35,680 nucleotides of DNA from Octopus vulgaris (Eukaryota): positions 1 to 35,680 of the forward strand of contig CATOCA020000034.1 of assembly GCA_951406725.2 (NCBI GenBank), read 5' to 3'. Below are positions 12,462 through 24,298 of the stretch, piece by piece. Position numbers and translations under genes: made by a program. The notes under the pieces were generated by a model. It worked only from the letters and a program-made list of their open reading frames with translations. It was not told the DNA's origin and ran no database searches. Each line of letters starts with the position of its first letter. Within the stretch, counting starts at the first letter, position 1.

Positions 12462-13057
12462 CTGTAAGAAAAAACAAAAATGGGGGGATGGGAAAAGAAA
12501 ATGATTTACATATTTATATATCATCATCATCATCATCATCGTTGTTATTATCATTACCACCACCACCACCACCATCATTGTTATAGTTGCCATTGTCATC
12601 ATGACCCTTGTTGCTGCTGCTGCTGTTGTCCTTGTCATCAGTGTTGCCAAACACCCTTACTTCTTCCGGTTGAGGTCAACTTTTATTTCCTCCATGGCTA
12701 GACATGCTTTCATGGAAGATTGGAAATGAAACGACCCTGCTTGTATGACAGTGACACTCATTTACAACTATTGCATGGTGTCAAGATGATGGTGGTGGTG
12801 GTGATGATAGTACTGGTGTGAGTGATGATGATGGTGGTAGTGGTGGTGATAGTAGTGATGAGGATGATGACAGTGGTGGTGATGATGACGGCAGTGAAAC
12901 TGGTGCTGATGATGACAATGGTTATGAGATCAACTTTCAAGGAAATTCAGCTGCCGTTATTTCCATACCTCACTGGTGGCATATGAGAAGAAGAGAAGCA
13001 GTTATTAATCTGTGAAAGAATAATTAAATAAGGAAATTAAGGAATCATGTGACCTAC

Positions 13058-13201
13058 CTCGAAAGTTTAATTCCAGTCCTGGCTGACATCCGCGACCAAT
13101 TTTCTGACGATTAATTTGTCGACAGGACATTTTGTCTTCGGTTTCTATGTAACCATCATGAAAGGCACACTCACACTTGTCTTCAGAGGTTCGAAAGGAA
13201 C
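13058..13201 (-). CDS. TNFR-like exon 5: GSFRTSEDKCECAFHDGYIETEDKMSCRQINRQKIGRGCQPGLELNFR
   Basis: Acceptor tctttctctcactcttaag|, donor G|gtaggt. 144 nt, phase 1 to 1, 4 Cys. Confidence 0.85.
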
Positions 13202-13253
13202 CTTAAGAGTGAGAGAAAGAAACAGGGTGAATGAGAGAGATAAGGAGAATGGT

Positions 13254-13333
13254 GAGTGTAGCTTGTCGAGTGTAGCCTGTCAAGTGTGGACTTGTCGAGT
13301 GTAGCCTGTCAAGTGTGGACTTGTCGAGTGTAG
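13254..13333 (+). repeat. 29-bp tandem repeat next to the exon 5 acceptor
   Basis: cttgtcgagtgtagcctgtcaagtgtgga repeated about 2.5 times. Confidence 0.85.
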
Positions 13334-13828
13334 ATAGTTGAGCGTACCTTGATGGGTTTCTCTTACTTCTTTCTCTACTTTCAACACAAATTATGTTTTT
13401 TTACACCTTTTGTTCAATCTTTCCACCTGTCCCCTTTCTGTTTCCAGACCTACTGGACATTTTCCTTTGTGTTACCCATACATTTCTCTCCATTTAGAGC
13501 CTTCCTTTGTTTACAAAATATATATTTAGTACGCTTATTGTTTACTTTGTATATTTACATTTACGTGTTGTGTTTATTTTCATCAATGTCACCATCGTTT
13601 GCTCAATATTTCCAGCAGCTTTTCGCTGTCGACACCACCAAAATATGAACAATATTATCATTATAGACGGGACATTGCAAGGATTTCGGGGGAAGCGATA
13701 ACTGACGAGGAATTAGCACATCTGTGTCTTGTGAGCGAATTTTCTGCTTGTTCCTTGGTCGTGTTTCCGTTTAATTTGTCAAAATTTATGACACATGCAA
13801 AGGTAAAATATTCACCACTTAAAAGCGG

Positions 13829-14210
13829 ATGTTGCATGAGAACAAAGAAATACTGCAATATTTACCAAGAGATAAAACTCTAACGTGGTGAAGCCATGCG
13901 TAAACGTATACCACAGCTATTGCCAGTGGCAGACAATCACTATTGGTTCCACTGCTCGGATTACTAGATTAGATAATTTCAGCCTAATTTGGCCTTTTCA
14001 ATGATTGACACCAAGTAGAAATAGCAGTAACTGCTGCGCTAGCGATATACATGGAAATATAGAGCCGAAACAAGTGCTGAGGTCGCAAAAGGCCAGTGAT
14101 TGTCTACCGCTGGTGACAGCAATGATGATGTGCTTTTATGCAACATTATAACCTTATGACAGTTTTCTCTTTGGTAAATATTGCAGAATTTGTGTATTCT
14201 AATGCAGCAT
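13829..14210. repeat. Old fold-back/MITE with diverged arms of about 50 bp
   Basis: 13829-13879 resembles the reverse complement of 14161-14210. The CR1 tail abuts the right arm. Confidence 0.6.
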
Positions 14211-14219
14211 AAACTTTAT

Positions 14220-15692
14220 ATATAATAATATAATGAAATTATTGTATACAGTGCTCAGGTGCACCACAACTTGTCAGAAAGTGCATATAAAGTACATGCA
14301 GTAATGTAAAAATGTCTGGAAAGCGAACAATGTATGAGTCAGATACATGTTTGTGTGTGTATGGAGGGGAGAAAATCAGGTGTAGTGTTGGCGAATCTCA
14401 GAAAGCATGGAAGTTTTAAAGGATGCAGTGCTCCGACAACTAACAACTGATGCCAGCAGTTTGTTCCATGCTTCAGCAACTCTCAGCGTGAAAAAATGTT
14501 TCCTGAAGTCATGGGAGCTGTGCTGTTTTCTGACTTTGTAAACATGTCCACGGGTGTTAGATGGGTGGAGTTTGAAAAGGTGCTCAGAGTTATTGTTTGT
14601 ACGATGGTTGATAATTTTATGGGTGTCTGCCAAGTCAGCTGCCAGACGTCGGAGTTTCAATGTGTCCATGCCCAGGGAAGTAAGGCGTTCAGGATATGGC
14701 AAATGCCTGATGGAGGGTATTCTTTTGGTTGCACGTCGCTGAACAGCTTCCAGACAATTGATATCCTGGGCAAGATAGGGGTTCCAGACCGGTGATGCAA
14801 ATTCCAGGTGAGGTCTTACCATAGCTAGATAAAGCCGCAGAGAGATAGCCGGAGAGCGGCTCACAAAGGATTTGGTGAGTGATGCCAAGACACCCTCAGC
14901 CTTCTTGACAATTTTAGTGATGTGTTTTGTCCAACGCAAATCACTGTTGACAATAACACCCAGGTCACGTTCACATGAAGACTTTTTGAGACTAGTGTTG
15001 TGGAGGGAGTAGGTGGACGCTGGGTTTCTCCTCCCAAAATGCATGGTGGTACATTTGTCCACAGCCAGCTTGAGTTGCCAGTCCATGATCCACTGCTGCA
15101 TTGTGTCCAGGTCTGCTTGCAATAGAGATCTATAGTGTACAGGATTTGACCTCTTTATTTCGAGATACAGCTTGATGTCATCTGCATATTTCAGCACTGT
15201 GGCATTCTTTAAGTTGGCATCTATGTCATTAACATATGCAACAAATAAAAGGGGGCCAAGAACAGATCCCTGTAGTACACCAGATGTCATCTCATAGGGC
15301 GAAGAGTGCTGTGCTAGAACTGTGACAACCTCTTTTCGGTTGAAAATAAAGGATTTCAGCCAGTTATAGAGTTTGTCTCTTACACCCAACGCAGAAAGCT
15401 TCACCGTAAGTCTTTTGTGTGGCACAGAGTTAAAAGCCTTTGAAAAGTCCAGGTAAACAACATCCACCCAGGATCCGCGATCAGTGATTTGGGTAACGTC
15501 TTCAAGAAACTCGATGAGTTGATTACAGCAGCTGGAGTTAGGAATAAATCCGAATTGTGACGGCTGGATGAGGCTGTGAGACTTCCAGAAGTTCCAGAGG
15601 GTTTCCCTGATACAGGATTCCATCAGATTGGCGATGCAGCTAGTAAGACTGACGGGGCGATAGTTGACAGGCGATGTGCGGTCGCCTTTGAA
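14220..15692 (-). mobile_element. 5'-truncated CR1-clade LINE with open reverse transcriptase frame (ORF 14376..15740)
   Basis: NYRPVSLTS, QFGF, YLDFSKAF, QGSVLGPLLF, YADD, LEAVQRRATK, TRGH and FFTLRVAEAWN are present, followed by a short 3' UTR ending in an (ATT)-like tail. Confidence 0.93.
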
Positions 15693-16237
15693 GTGTTGAA
15701 AATAAATACATAGATTGTACAAACACAGTTTCGCAAACAAGAAAGTAAAAAGGCAATTCTTTTAAAAGCAATAATATACCAGGAGTTGTCTCCCCTTGCA
15801 CAAGGCCACTGAATTTTTGTGGCAGAAATGGTGATAGAAACAATTTAGTTTCAGTAGTGATTATTTTGCGGGAGAAAAGTTTTTAGCGTATTAAAGTTTA
15901 TGAGAACTGATTGTTATGAGGAATTTTTTGTTGGGTGGGGGTGAGGTGGTGGCTAAAATCGTGTATCTAACATACCTATTTCTTTACTACCCACAAGGGG
16001 CTAAACGCAGAGAAGACAAACAAAGACAGACAAACGGATTAAGTCGATTGTATCGACCCCAGTGTGAAAATGGCGCTTATTTAAGCAATCCCAAAAGGAT
16101 GAAAGGCAAAGTCGACCTCGGCGGAATTTGAAATACCGCTAAGCATTTCGCCCGGTGTGCTAACGATTCTGCCAGCTCACCGCCTTCGTGTAGTTTTCTT
16201 GAACAGAAAGTGATATTGTAATAGAAATGATATTTAC

Positions 16238-16369
16238 CTGTGGGGCAGTTATCTTTATGGCATCTTTTGACATCAAATGATGACGTGATGAATAGGTTCC
16301 CAGTTCCAGAGGGACAAGGCAAACACTTGTCACAACTGCCATTCCTCTCACACGTTTTCACATAAGAAC
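16238..16369 (-). CDS. TNFR-like exon 4: GSYVKTCERNGSCDKCLPCPSGTGNLFITSSFDVKRCHKDNCPT
   Basis: Acceptor atttttctag|, donor G|gtaaat. 132 nt, phase 1 to 1, 6 Cys. Confidence 0.88.
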
Positions 16370-16769
16370 CTAGAAAAATCCAAGCGTAGAAAAATTCAAA
16401 AATGAACAAAAGAGAAAATTCAGAAACTCAGATTAGTCACAGCTGTTTCAGCTATGCCTGTTGATGAAATTGAACCAAGAACACAACACAAATGCATGGG
16501 CGAAATAGCTGTAAGACTATAATGAATAAATAAATGTATGTAACCTGTAATTTCTGTTTATTTTGTGTATCATCCTGAAACCATGGATTTACAAATTTGA
16601 GGGTGATGGACTCCAACTTTGACTTTCAATTTTGGTTTACCTGGAGTACAATAGTTATCACAAAACTTTTTAATCAGTGATTTTAAGGGAGTGGTGTGGG
16701 TGGAGGGTGCAAGACTGCATAAGCCTTCGTGTGTGTGTTTGTGCTTATTATTTATGTTTTGTTTAAATT

Positions 16770-17070
16770 CTTTGGCACCTTCAGAACCTGAAGTCCTCCT
16801 TCAGCATCCTAGAGGGATAAAACACCACGACCCTGGCCAAGCATATATGGTCGTGAAAGAAAGTGCCATGGAATATAAAGAGTATAAAGCGGAGGATATT
16901 AGAGAAATGTAAAGCTTACTTCAGTAGCAGCAAGAAATGCAGATTATGCTTGGCTGAGAAAATAACTCTTGGCACCCACACATCTATCTCAACAAGAGAA
17001 GTGAGATATATAACACTTGCCTACATGAAAGGAAATACATCCTGTTGCATCTATGTGCGCCATCGTGACT
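16770..17070 (+). pseudogene. Degenerate Penelope-like element GIY-YIG endonuclease C-terminal fragment
   Basis: Across frameshifts and stops: NTTTLAKHIWS...ILEKCKAYFSSSKKCRLCLAEK...YLNKRSEIYNTCLHERKY. This matches the L.KHIW / C.LCL.EK / LN.R.E...C.H pattern of Penelope-like endonucleases. Confidence 0.75.
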
Positions 17071-17629
17071 ATAAGTACCAGTCCCCCAACTTCAGCCCTC
17101 CCACCACAAAATACCTAGGAATCTGTAAAAGAATTTGACCAGAACAGGCACACACACTTGCCCTATTTCGGCAGACATCTACCCAATAGACCCATTTCCA
17201 CCTCAACCAGTTTAAGTCCCTGCATATATACTACCCCTACGCACACTCCATACCTGCGTAAATGCTCCAAAGAATTTATCTCAAAGGAACACAAAGATGT
17301 TTATGCAGTCTTTCAGCTACCACCTAACAATTCCCCACCCCGAAAACACTACACACATTCCACTTCTACAAGGTCACCAGCCATAAAACACACACACACG
17401 CACATGCATAAGTGCAGGCATGGGATACAGGAATAGGTACGACAGTGTACTAAGAAGTTTTGTTCTCAACCATGTACTTTTCTGTTTAAACCTATGTGGC
17501 ATTCTGGGAGAAAGTCTTCTATAGCCCTGGGCCAACCAAAACCATTTGAGTAGAATAGGTGACAAGAAATAAAAGAAATTGATGCTGTGTATGTGTGTGT
17601 GTGTGTGTAATCCATCCATCCATCCATCC

Positions 17630-17684
<55 letters not shown>

Positions 17685-17685
<1 letters not shown>

Positions 17686-18424
17686 TAGCAGATTGACCCG
17701 GCTTTGCTCGGGTGGATAGAAATTTGATGAATAACTTGTTTAAGCGTTAATTTTGACGAAATTGCATTCCATTTTATCCATACTTTTGGAAAAATCAAAA
17801 CAAAGATATTGTCCGCAACAACGCATATTTCTATAAATTTGAAGAAAACAGCAGAACTTATGAAATCTGTAATTCGAATAAGGCTCAAAACACATAACAA
17901 AGTACAGTGTCAAAAGAAGACAAAAAGATGTAAACGTTTGTGGTTTTTTATTCGGTTGAGTCAAGAACAAGTTAAAATATAATAACTTACGAACGATTGA
18001 GCCTTTCAATGTTTTCGATGAAAAGAATAATTCAATCTTCTAATTTATTTTTATCCCTCAAAATATGTTGATTTTTTTTCAGGGAACACTCGGAACGCTT
18101 CAAATTCACACTCATTTAATAAACACAACAGTATGAAAACATTTAAGCCATTTAAGACTGTCTTAGGGAAATAACTATATAAGCATTTTTAGAGAGTTAC
18201 TTCCCTTATATAAACCTAACCAAAATACATTAAAAGTGAAAAAATGCTGGTAAATTTTTTTTTGAATCGTAGACTCATCGTAGACGCGCGCTAATACCCA
18301 GAAGGGCTCGATATGAATTACGACTATAAGATACCCGCTTTTGGTTAAACTGCACTGCAAAATGTGGGAGTAGTTAGGAATCTAAATCGAAGGGGACAGA
18401 CACTCACACACACAACTCCATTTT

Positions 18425-18435
<11 letters not shown>
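17685..18435 (-). mobile_element. Non-autonomous Helitron, family A 5' part with different interior and 3' end
   Basis: About 18175-18435 matches family A in reverse. The minus strand ends CCCGAGCAAAGCCGGG-tcaatctg-CTAG|T. Inserted in (AT)n. Confidence 0.82.
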
Positions 18436-18471
<36 letters not shown>

Positions 18472-18714
18472 TTGTGTCTAGGGAGAGTCATTATGCCAAA
18501 ATATTTAATACACACATTGGTTCAATTCCGCCCTTATTAAAATATCCGATTGTTTTGTTTGTCAAAAGTCTTTCACTGCTTCTGGCTGCCTTCCCATAGT
18601 TTTAATAGCTCATAAAAATATACTTTGGGTTCAGTAAATGATATTTATCTCTCACCAGATGGAGTACTTTTTTGTTGATCTTACCATCATGGGGCAGTAC
18701 ACACAATATATATA

Positions 18715-19135
18715 TCATCATCATCATTTAGCGTCCGCTTTCCATGCTGGCATGGGTTGGACGGTGCAACTGGGGTCTGGGAAGCCAGAAGGCTGCACCA
18801 GGCCCAGTCTGATCTGGCAATGTTTCTACGGCTGGATGCCCTTCCTAATGCCAACCACTAGTGAGTATAGTGGGTGCTTTTTACGTGCCACCTGCACAGG
18901 TGCCAGACGAGTCTGGCAAACGGCCACGATCGGATGGTGCTTTTTACGTGTCACCGGCACAGAAGCCAGTCAGGGCAGCACTGGCAACGGCCACGTTCGG
19001 ATGGTTCTCTTATGTGCCACCAGCACTGGTATCACAGCAACAATTTCCATTCATGCTGATCGATTTTGATTTTTGATTTCCACTTGCCTCAACAAGTCTT
19101 CACAAGTAGGGTTTTGTGTCCCAAGAAGGAAGGGT
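18715..19135 (-). mobile_element. (ATG)n-tailed non-autonomous retroposon, family 3 (also about 19750-19990 minus and 11690-12065 plus)
   Basis: Shared block tcatcatcat..cgtccgctttccatgctggcatgggttggacgg...gctggatgcccttcctaa..ccaaccac. Confidence 0.75.
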
Positions 19136-19169
19136 ATGCATAGAAGGGTATGCATCTATATATATATAC

Positions 19170-19222
<53 letters not shown>

Positions 19223-19272
19223 TATATGAATGAACAACAGTATGCATAACATGTACTTATTTGAAATATTAC

Positions 19273-19357
19273 CTGATGGACAATGTGTAACAGGTTTACA
19301 GCATTTGTCTCCATGCTCTAACTGACCTTCAGGGCAAACACCTGACACTCTGCTGAC
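19273..19357 (-). CDS. TNFR-like exon 3: VSRVSGVCPEGQLEHGDKCCKPVTHCPS
   Basis: Acceptor ttctctttcaatttag|, donor G|gtaata. 85 nt, phase 0 to 1, 4 Cys. Confidence 0.88.
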
Positions 19358-20151
19358 CTAAATTGAAAGAGAAATGAATCACAGAGAGCAATGGAAGTCT
19401 TGAACTAAAAAAAGGATGGTGAAATGATTGACATGCACACAAACCAATGACTTACATGGTGTGTGTGTGTGTGTGTAAATACGAGGGTTGGATGAAAATT
19501 GATCAGCTGACTAAGAAGGTGTGATGCCAGGTGAGAAATTATATATAAGTGAATGTATACACACACAACAACAACAACAACGATGATGATAATGAGGATT
19601 ATTATGACGTTCTAAAGCATCACCTTTAATTTTTTATACATACATACGGACTTACATGTATATATGTGTATGTTTATGTGTTTATATGCGTGTATGTATA
19701 TGTGCGTTTATACATATATATGTATGTATATATATATTTATATATATATATCATCATCATCATTGTTTAACGTCCGCTTTCCATGCTGGCATGGGTTGGA
19801 CGGTTTGACTGAGGACTGGTGAGCCAGATGGCTGCACCAGGCTCCATCTGATCTGGCAGAGTTTCTACAGCTGGATGCCCTTCCTAACATCAACCACTCT
19901 GAGAGTGTAGTGGGTGATTTTAAGTGCCACCAGCATGAGGGCCAGTCAGGCGGTTCTGGCAACGACCACACTCAAAAGGTGTTTTTACGTAAATCACATG
20001 TATATAAAGAATCAAATATTTGTTTTTTTAAGAAGCACCAAAAAGTGTATAAAGATGCAAATGAGTTGATAATTTATTTTCGAATGCAGAGACATCGTTA
20101 GAACAGCAGAAACATTTAAATTACTCTGACGAAGTGAAAAAAAATTGTCAA

Positions 20152-20226
20152 CAAACAGACATGGGACTTGAACCCATATCTGTTGAACACTCTGGCCAAG
20201 TGCTATACCATTAAGCTAAATTGGCC
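20152..20226 (-). pseudogene. tRNA-like sequence (pseudo-tRNA or isolated SINE head)
   Basis: A box TAGCTTAATGGTA and T-arm ATGGGTTCAAGTCCCAT are present. Acceptor and anticodon stems pair poorly. Confidence 0.6.
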
Positions 20227-20249
20227 ACTGCTACACTTTCACTAAACCA

Positions 20250-20945
20250 CCTCAAATGTGTGGTATTTGATGAATGATGCAGTTTGATGTTGCTGCCCTC
20301 ATCTACATTTCTTGTCTTGAGATAGGTTCATTTGGAACTCTTGATAGGAGGAGATCCAGTTTTGTTATGAAGGCTCCAACATCCACCCCATATCAGTCTC
20401 TCAAGCTTTCTGAGAGGATATTTAAGAGCTGTGGCCGCTTGAAGCCCAAGCTGTTGCAGTATTTGGTCCTGTATCTTGGTAGCAATGTTGGGATTTTTGG
20501 TACTATGCAGTGGTGCCCTGTCCTGCTGTTTGTGTAACTTTCAATGCCAAAGATTGGTACAAGTACTTCTAGGATTTTCCAGATGAATATTACTGCGTAT
20601 CTTTCCTGCCTTCGTTCTAGGGAGGAGAGTCTTAACTTTTTTAGCCCCCACCTGTGGCTGACATGTTACATTGAGATAGTCGTCTTTGTGTAGCTTCACT
20701 GGATTGCTGTGAGTTCTGTCAGTTTTACAGTGTATGGTGACCCCAGTTGGGAGCAGTAATCTAAATGGCTGAGGACAAGTGTCCTCCAGAGAACCATCAT
20801 GGTTTCCTGTTCTCTCGTTCTGAAGGTTCAAAGGATCCATCCAGCCAAGTGTCTGGTGGGTATCTGAGCAGCTGAGGGCCTCTATGAGCAGCAATGGCCT
20901 CAAGACAGTCCGTGGTGGAACACCACTCATTACTTATGCTTCCTT
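20250..20945 (-). mobile_element. Degenerate CR1-like LINE, 3' part of the RT ORF
   Basis: SGVPPRTVLRPLL and, in another frame, LKKLRLSSLERRQERYAVIFIWKIL...KLDLLLSRVPNEP. Contains stops and deletions. Confidence 0.75.
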
Positions 20946-21202
20946 GGAGTAGATCCAGCTGGCCACCACTACATAACTTCTGTCTTTTAGAAAGTCATGT
21001 AACCATTCTCCAAGTTTTCCAACTATGCCAAGGTTATAGAGATTCTGATATATCATGCCATGGCTGGAGAGGAAATTCCAGGTGTGGAAGCAAAGCATCC
21101 AACCTAAGCCAGCATGGAATGTGGATGTTAGTGGGTCGACTAAATCAATACGTCTGTGAAAGAATGATTATGGAAACTGAACAAGACAGTAAATGCACCT
21201 AC

Positions 21203-21250
21203 CTGGTAAAACAGATATACTATGAAAATGATGGAAGCTGGGGCTTTCAT
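21203..21250 (-). CDS. TNFR-like exon 2: start codon and signal peptide MKAPASIIFIVYLFYQ
   Basis: Acceptor ctctctttctccgacag|GCAAAAATG (exon starts 21256), A-rich start context, donor CAG|gtaggt, phase 0. Confidence 0.8.
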
Positions 21251-21894
21251 TTTTGCCTGTCGGAGAAAGAGAGGTAGACATTTTAGTTGTGATCGAGAAA
21301 GACAATAAGAACAAACAAACAAACAACAATAAAATGACTCAACATGGTGAGTCTCAGCCTGCTAGAAACAGCAACAAAATCTCCCTAAAATGACACTAAT
21401 ATCTTTTGGAAAAGGAAGGATAGTATGAACAAAGGTACAGCTAAAAACTTGTGGTGGATGCTCGTAGCTGGAGAGCTATTTATCAAACTCTTGTTTATGG
21501 TCAGAACTGCCCAAGGGTCAAGCAACGACAACAACATCAACAACAGCTTTGAAGAAGTATTACAACAGTCACTCAAATGATTTGAAATAAAAGTGAAATC
21601 TCACTCATGCCACACTGTGCTGTCTACAAAATGGGAAGGACACACATATTGTAATCCTAAATATGAATGAAAGACAGGATGGTCAAGGCTGGAGTGCTTA
21701 TTGATTATAGGCATGCTGGCACAGGTCTGACTTGGTGCTATACAACGACATCAATACACGTCATTGATTGGTTGAAATTACCGAAATACGACAACTTTAA
21801 CACAAAATAACTTTGAAAATACAAACTTTTCTCAACAATACAAAGAGCAAAAGATGTGTGATATGACACATTCCTACCCTGCCTTGTGGAATGG

Positions 21895-22680
21895 TAAGTT
21901 TTTTCAGGAATTTTTCTTTTCAAAATATGCGGAAAAATATGGAGATTATGATTCTAAAAAACAATTTCCAAAAATTTTTGTAAAATTCTTTTTGAAGAAT
22001 TTTTTTCCTTCTAAATATGAGGAAAAATACAGACATTATGATTTGGACAAATATTTCAAAATATTTCTGAAGTTACGGTTAGGGTTTTATGGGTTACAGT
22101 TAGTGTTGGGGAAAAAGTCAAAATTGAAGAATTTGGGGGGATTGGTTGAATATGGTTTCACTACGGGAAAAAGGTTAATGGCGATTTAGCTGTTATTTTT
22201 ATCACATCTCCACAGTTGGGATCTTTCTTAAAACCTTTTTCTATTACTGAAATGAATATTAAATGAATCTAAAATTTATTAAACTTTCCAAAGACTTCCG
22301 CCCGTCCCCCACCCACCATTTAAACAATTATTTTTTGCCAAAAATCTCGTTTTTGGATATGGAAGTTCCGGAAAATTGCTAAAAATAGGCATTTTGAAAA
22401 ATTTTCCCTCTCTTTCCCCACCCCCAACTTCTTCAATTTTGACTTTTTCCGCAATACTAACCCTAAAACCCTGACCCTAACCGTAAAACCCTAAAACCGT
22501 AAGTAGAGAAATGTTTTGAAATTTTTGTCTGAATCATGATGTCCATATTTTACCGCATATTTAGAAAAGAAAAAAATTCTTATAAAAAAATTTTAGTAAA
22601 ATTTTGGAAATTTTTTCAGAATTATAATCTCCGTATTTTTCTGCATATTTTGAGGAAAAAAAGAAATTCTGAAAAAAATT
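21895..22680. repeat. Two inverted copies of a repeat containing degenerate TTAGGG tracts
   Basis: About 21895-22140 is the diverged reverse complement of about 22420-22680. A third partial copy is at 29406-29650. Confidence 0.75.
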
Positions 22681-22900
22681 ATATATGAAGGAAATGGGTG
22701 CAAAGATGGGGTGGGGTAATTTAGAAATGTCCATTTTTGCCAATTTTTTGGCAGATTCGTATTCCCCATAGCTGAAGAGTAATGGTGTATATGTTACAAA
22801 TTTCTCAAATAGTCAACGCAACAGTACTCACAATGCTAACCGTCTTCACAAACAGAACAAACACATTTCTTGACCAAGTAAAAACTTTTCCTGTTATAAT

Positions 22901-23226
22901 ACAGTTCTACATTTAAGAGATGAGGAATTATTCACATTACTTACAATCGACGGATAATTGTCCTCATCATGCTTGTTGTTAACACAACGTTTCGGCTGAT
23001 ACACCCTCCAGCCTTCTTCAGGTGTCTTGGGAAAATTTCGAACCTGGGTTCTCATTCCTAAGATATTTTTCGATGTTATTATTATTATTATTATTATCAT
23101 TATTATTAAAATTATTATTATTGCTGTTGTTGTTGTTGTTATTGTTATTGTTCAGGTCACTGCTTGGAATCGAACTCGGAATCGTGGGGTTAGTGCCCGC
23201 GCTCTTAACCACTACGCCATATGCCC
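22901..23226 (-). mobile_element. tRNA-head / (AAT)n / hammerhead SINE-like element
   Basis: Minus strand: head with A box TGGCGTAGTGG and B box GAGTTCGATTCC, an (AAC/AAT)n spacer, then a tail containing the HHR. A truncated inverted copy of the head abuts it at 23227-23290. Confidence 0.75.
22982..23025 (-). ncRNA. Ultra-minimal type I hammerhead ribozyme
   Basis: Minus strand: acac-CTGAAGA-a-ggctg-gagggtgtat-cagcc-GAAAC-GTT-gtgt. Stem III is reduced to the palindrome ACGT. Confidence 0.75.
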
Positions 23227-23306
23227 GCGGGCCTTAACCACAAGATCCCGAGTTCGATTCGAAGTAGTGACCCGAACAATAACAATAATAAAAATATTCA
23301 GACAAA

Positions 23307-23577
23307 TCTCTTATTATAAAAGGCAGATTTTATCTGCCTCCCTTTGGGAGTTATACAAATCTACAATATAGGATTTCTTCAATTACAATTTACCTAGCAG
23401 TTTTAAGAGTACAACGCATCGCGTCATGCCAGGTCCAGTTTTTAAAATTTAAACTCCAATTAAGCAAAATTTACAGAAAACTCACATTCTGGTGTGTGTG
23501 TCAAATGCTTTTCTTAGTCTGGTTTACAGCACACGCAAACGCACACACACAGTGGGCAGCGAATAAAATGAAAGTAA
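23307..23577 (+). mobile_element. Repeat family B, probable Helitron 5' portion
   Basis: Starts A|TC(TC)TTATTATAAAAGGCAG. Nearly identical to 25486-25753. No 3' end seen. Confidence 0.55.
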
Positions 23578-23684
23578 TTCACTTACTGTAGTGAGTGATT
23601 CTTTCACTCTGCCTCCCACTTCCTCTTTCAGCACAGACACGCAAATATATAAATAAAATTGTAAGCTAACGTGCGTGTGTGTGA

Positions 23685-23716
<32 letters not shown>

Positions 23717-23730
23717 GTGTGAGGGTGCGC

Positions 23731-23766
<36 letters not shown>

Positions 23767-23817
23767 GCGTGAGTGTGTGACAGGAAAGTTTTTTACGACG
23801 AATATAAGTAGCAGAAA

Positions 23818-24298
23818 GATAAGACAGTAAGGTGTGATTTGAGGGAGATTTGGCTGCTATTTCTACCATGTCTAGCTGCCATGTAGGGGTCTCCCTCATA
23901 GGCTCATACATACATATATACATAGATAAGACAGTAAGGTGTGATTTGGGGGAAATTTGGCTGCTATTTCTACCAGGTCTAGCTGCCATGTAGGGGGTCT
24001 CCCTCATAGGCTCATACATACATCTATACATAGATAAGACAGTAAGGTGTGATTTGGGGGAAATTTGGCTGCTATTTCTACCAGGTCTAGCTGCCATGTA
24101 GGGGTCTCCCTCATAGGCTCATACATACATATATACATAGATAAGACAGTAAGGTGTGATTTGGGGGAAATTTGGCTGCTATTTCTACCAGGTCTAGCTA
24201 CCATGTAGAGGTACCCCTCATTGGCTCATATATATATACATACATAAGACAGTAAGGTGTGATTTGAGGGAGATTTGGCTGCTGTTTCTACCAGGTCT
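23818..24298 (+). repeat. Tandem repeat of about 107 bp, about 4.5 copies
   Basis: Units start at 23818, 23925, 24033, 24140 and 24243. Confidence 0.93.

Noticed and set aside
12480-12920. Poly-His/Cys and Asp/Gly ORFs
   Set aside because: These are (CAT/CAC/GAT/GGT)n trinucleotide tracts inside an intron.
13700-13745. CTGACGA as a hammerhead core
   Set aside because: No convincing stem II, GAAA or stem I follows.
20152-20226. Functional tRNA gene
   Set aside because: The acceptor and anticodon stems do not pair properly; kept only as tRNA-like.
21385-21576. Leu-rich ORF as the signal-peptide exon
   Set aside because: GTG start and no suitable donor. The exon at 21203-21256 fits better.
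23818-24298. CRISPR-like array (also 35391-35680 and 4270-4450)
   Set aside because: Whole units repeat with no unique spacers, there are no cas genes, and the context is eukaryotic.
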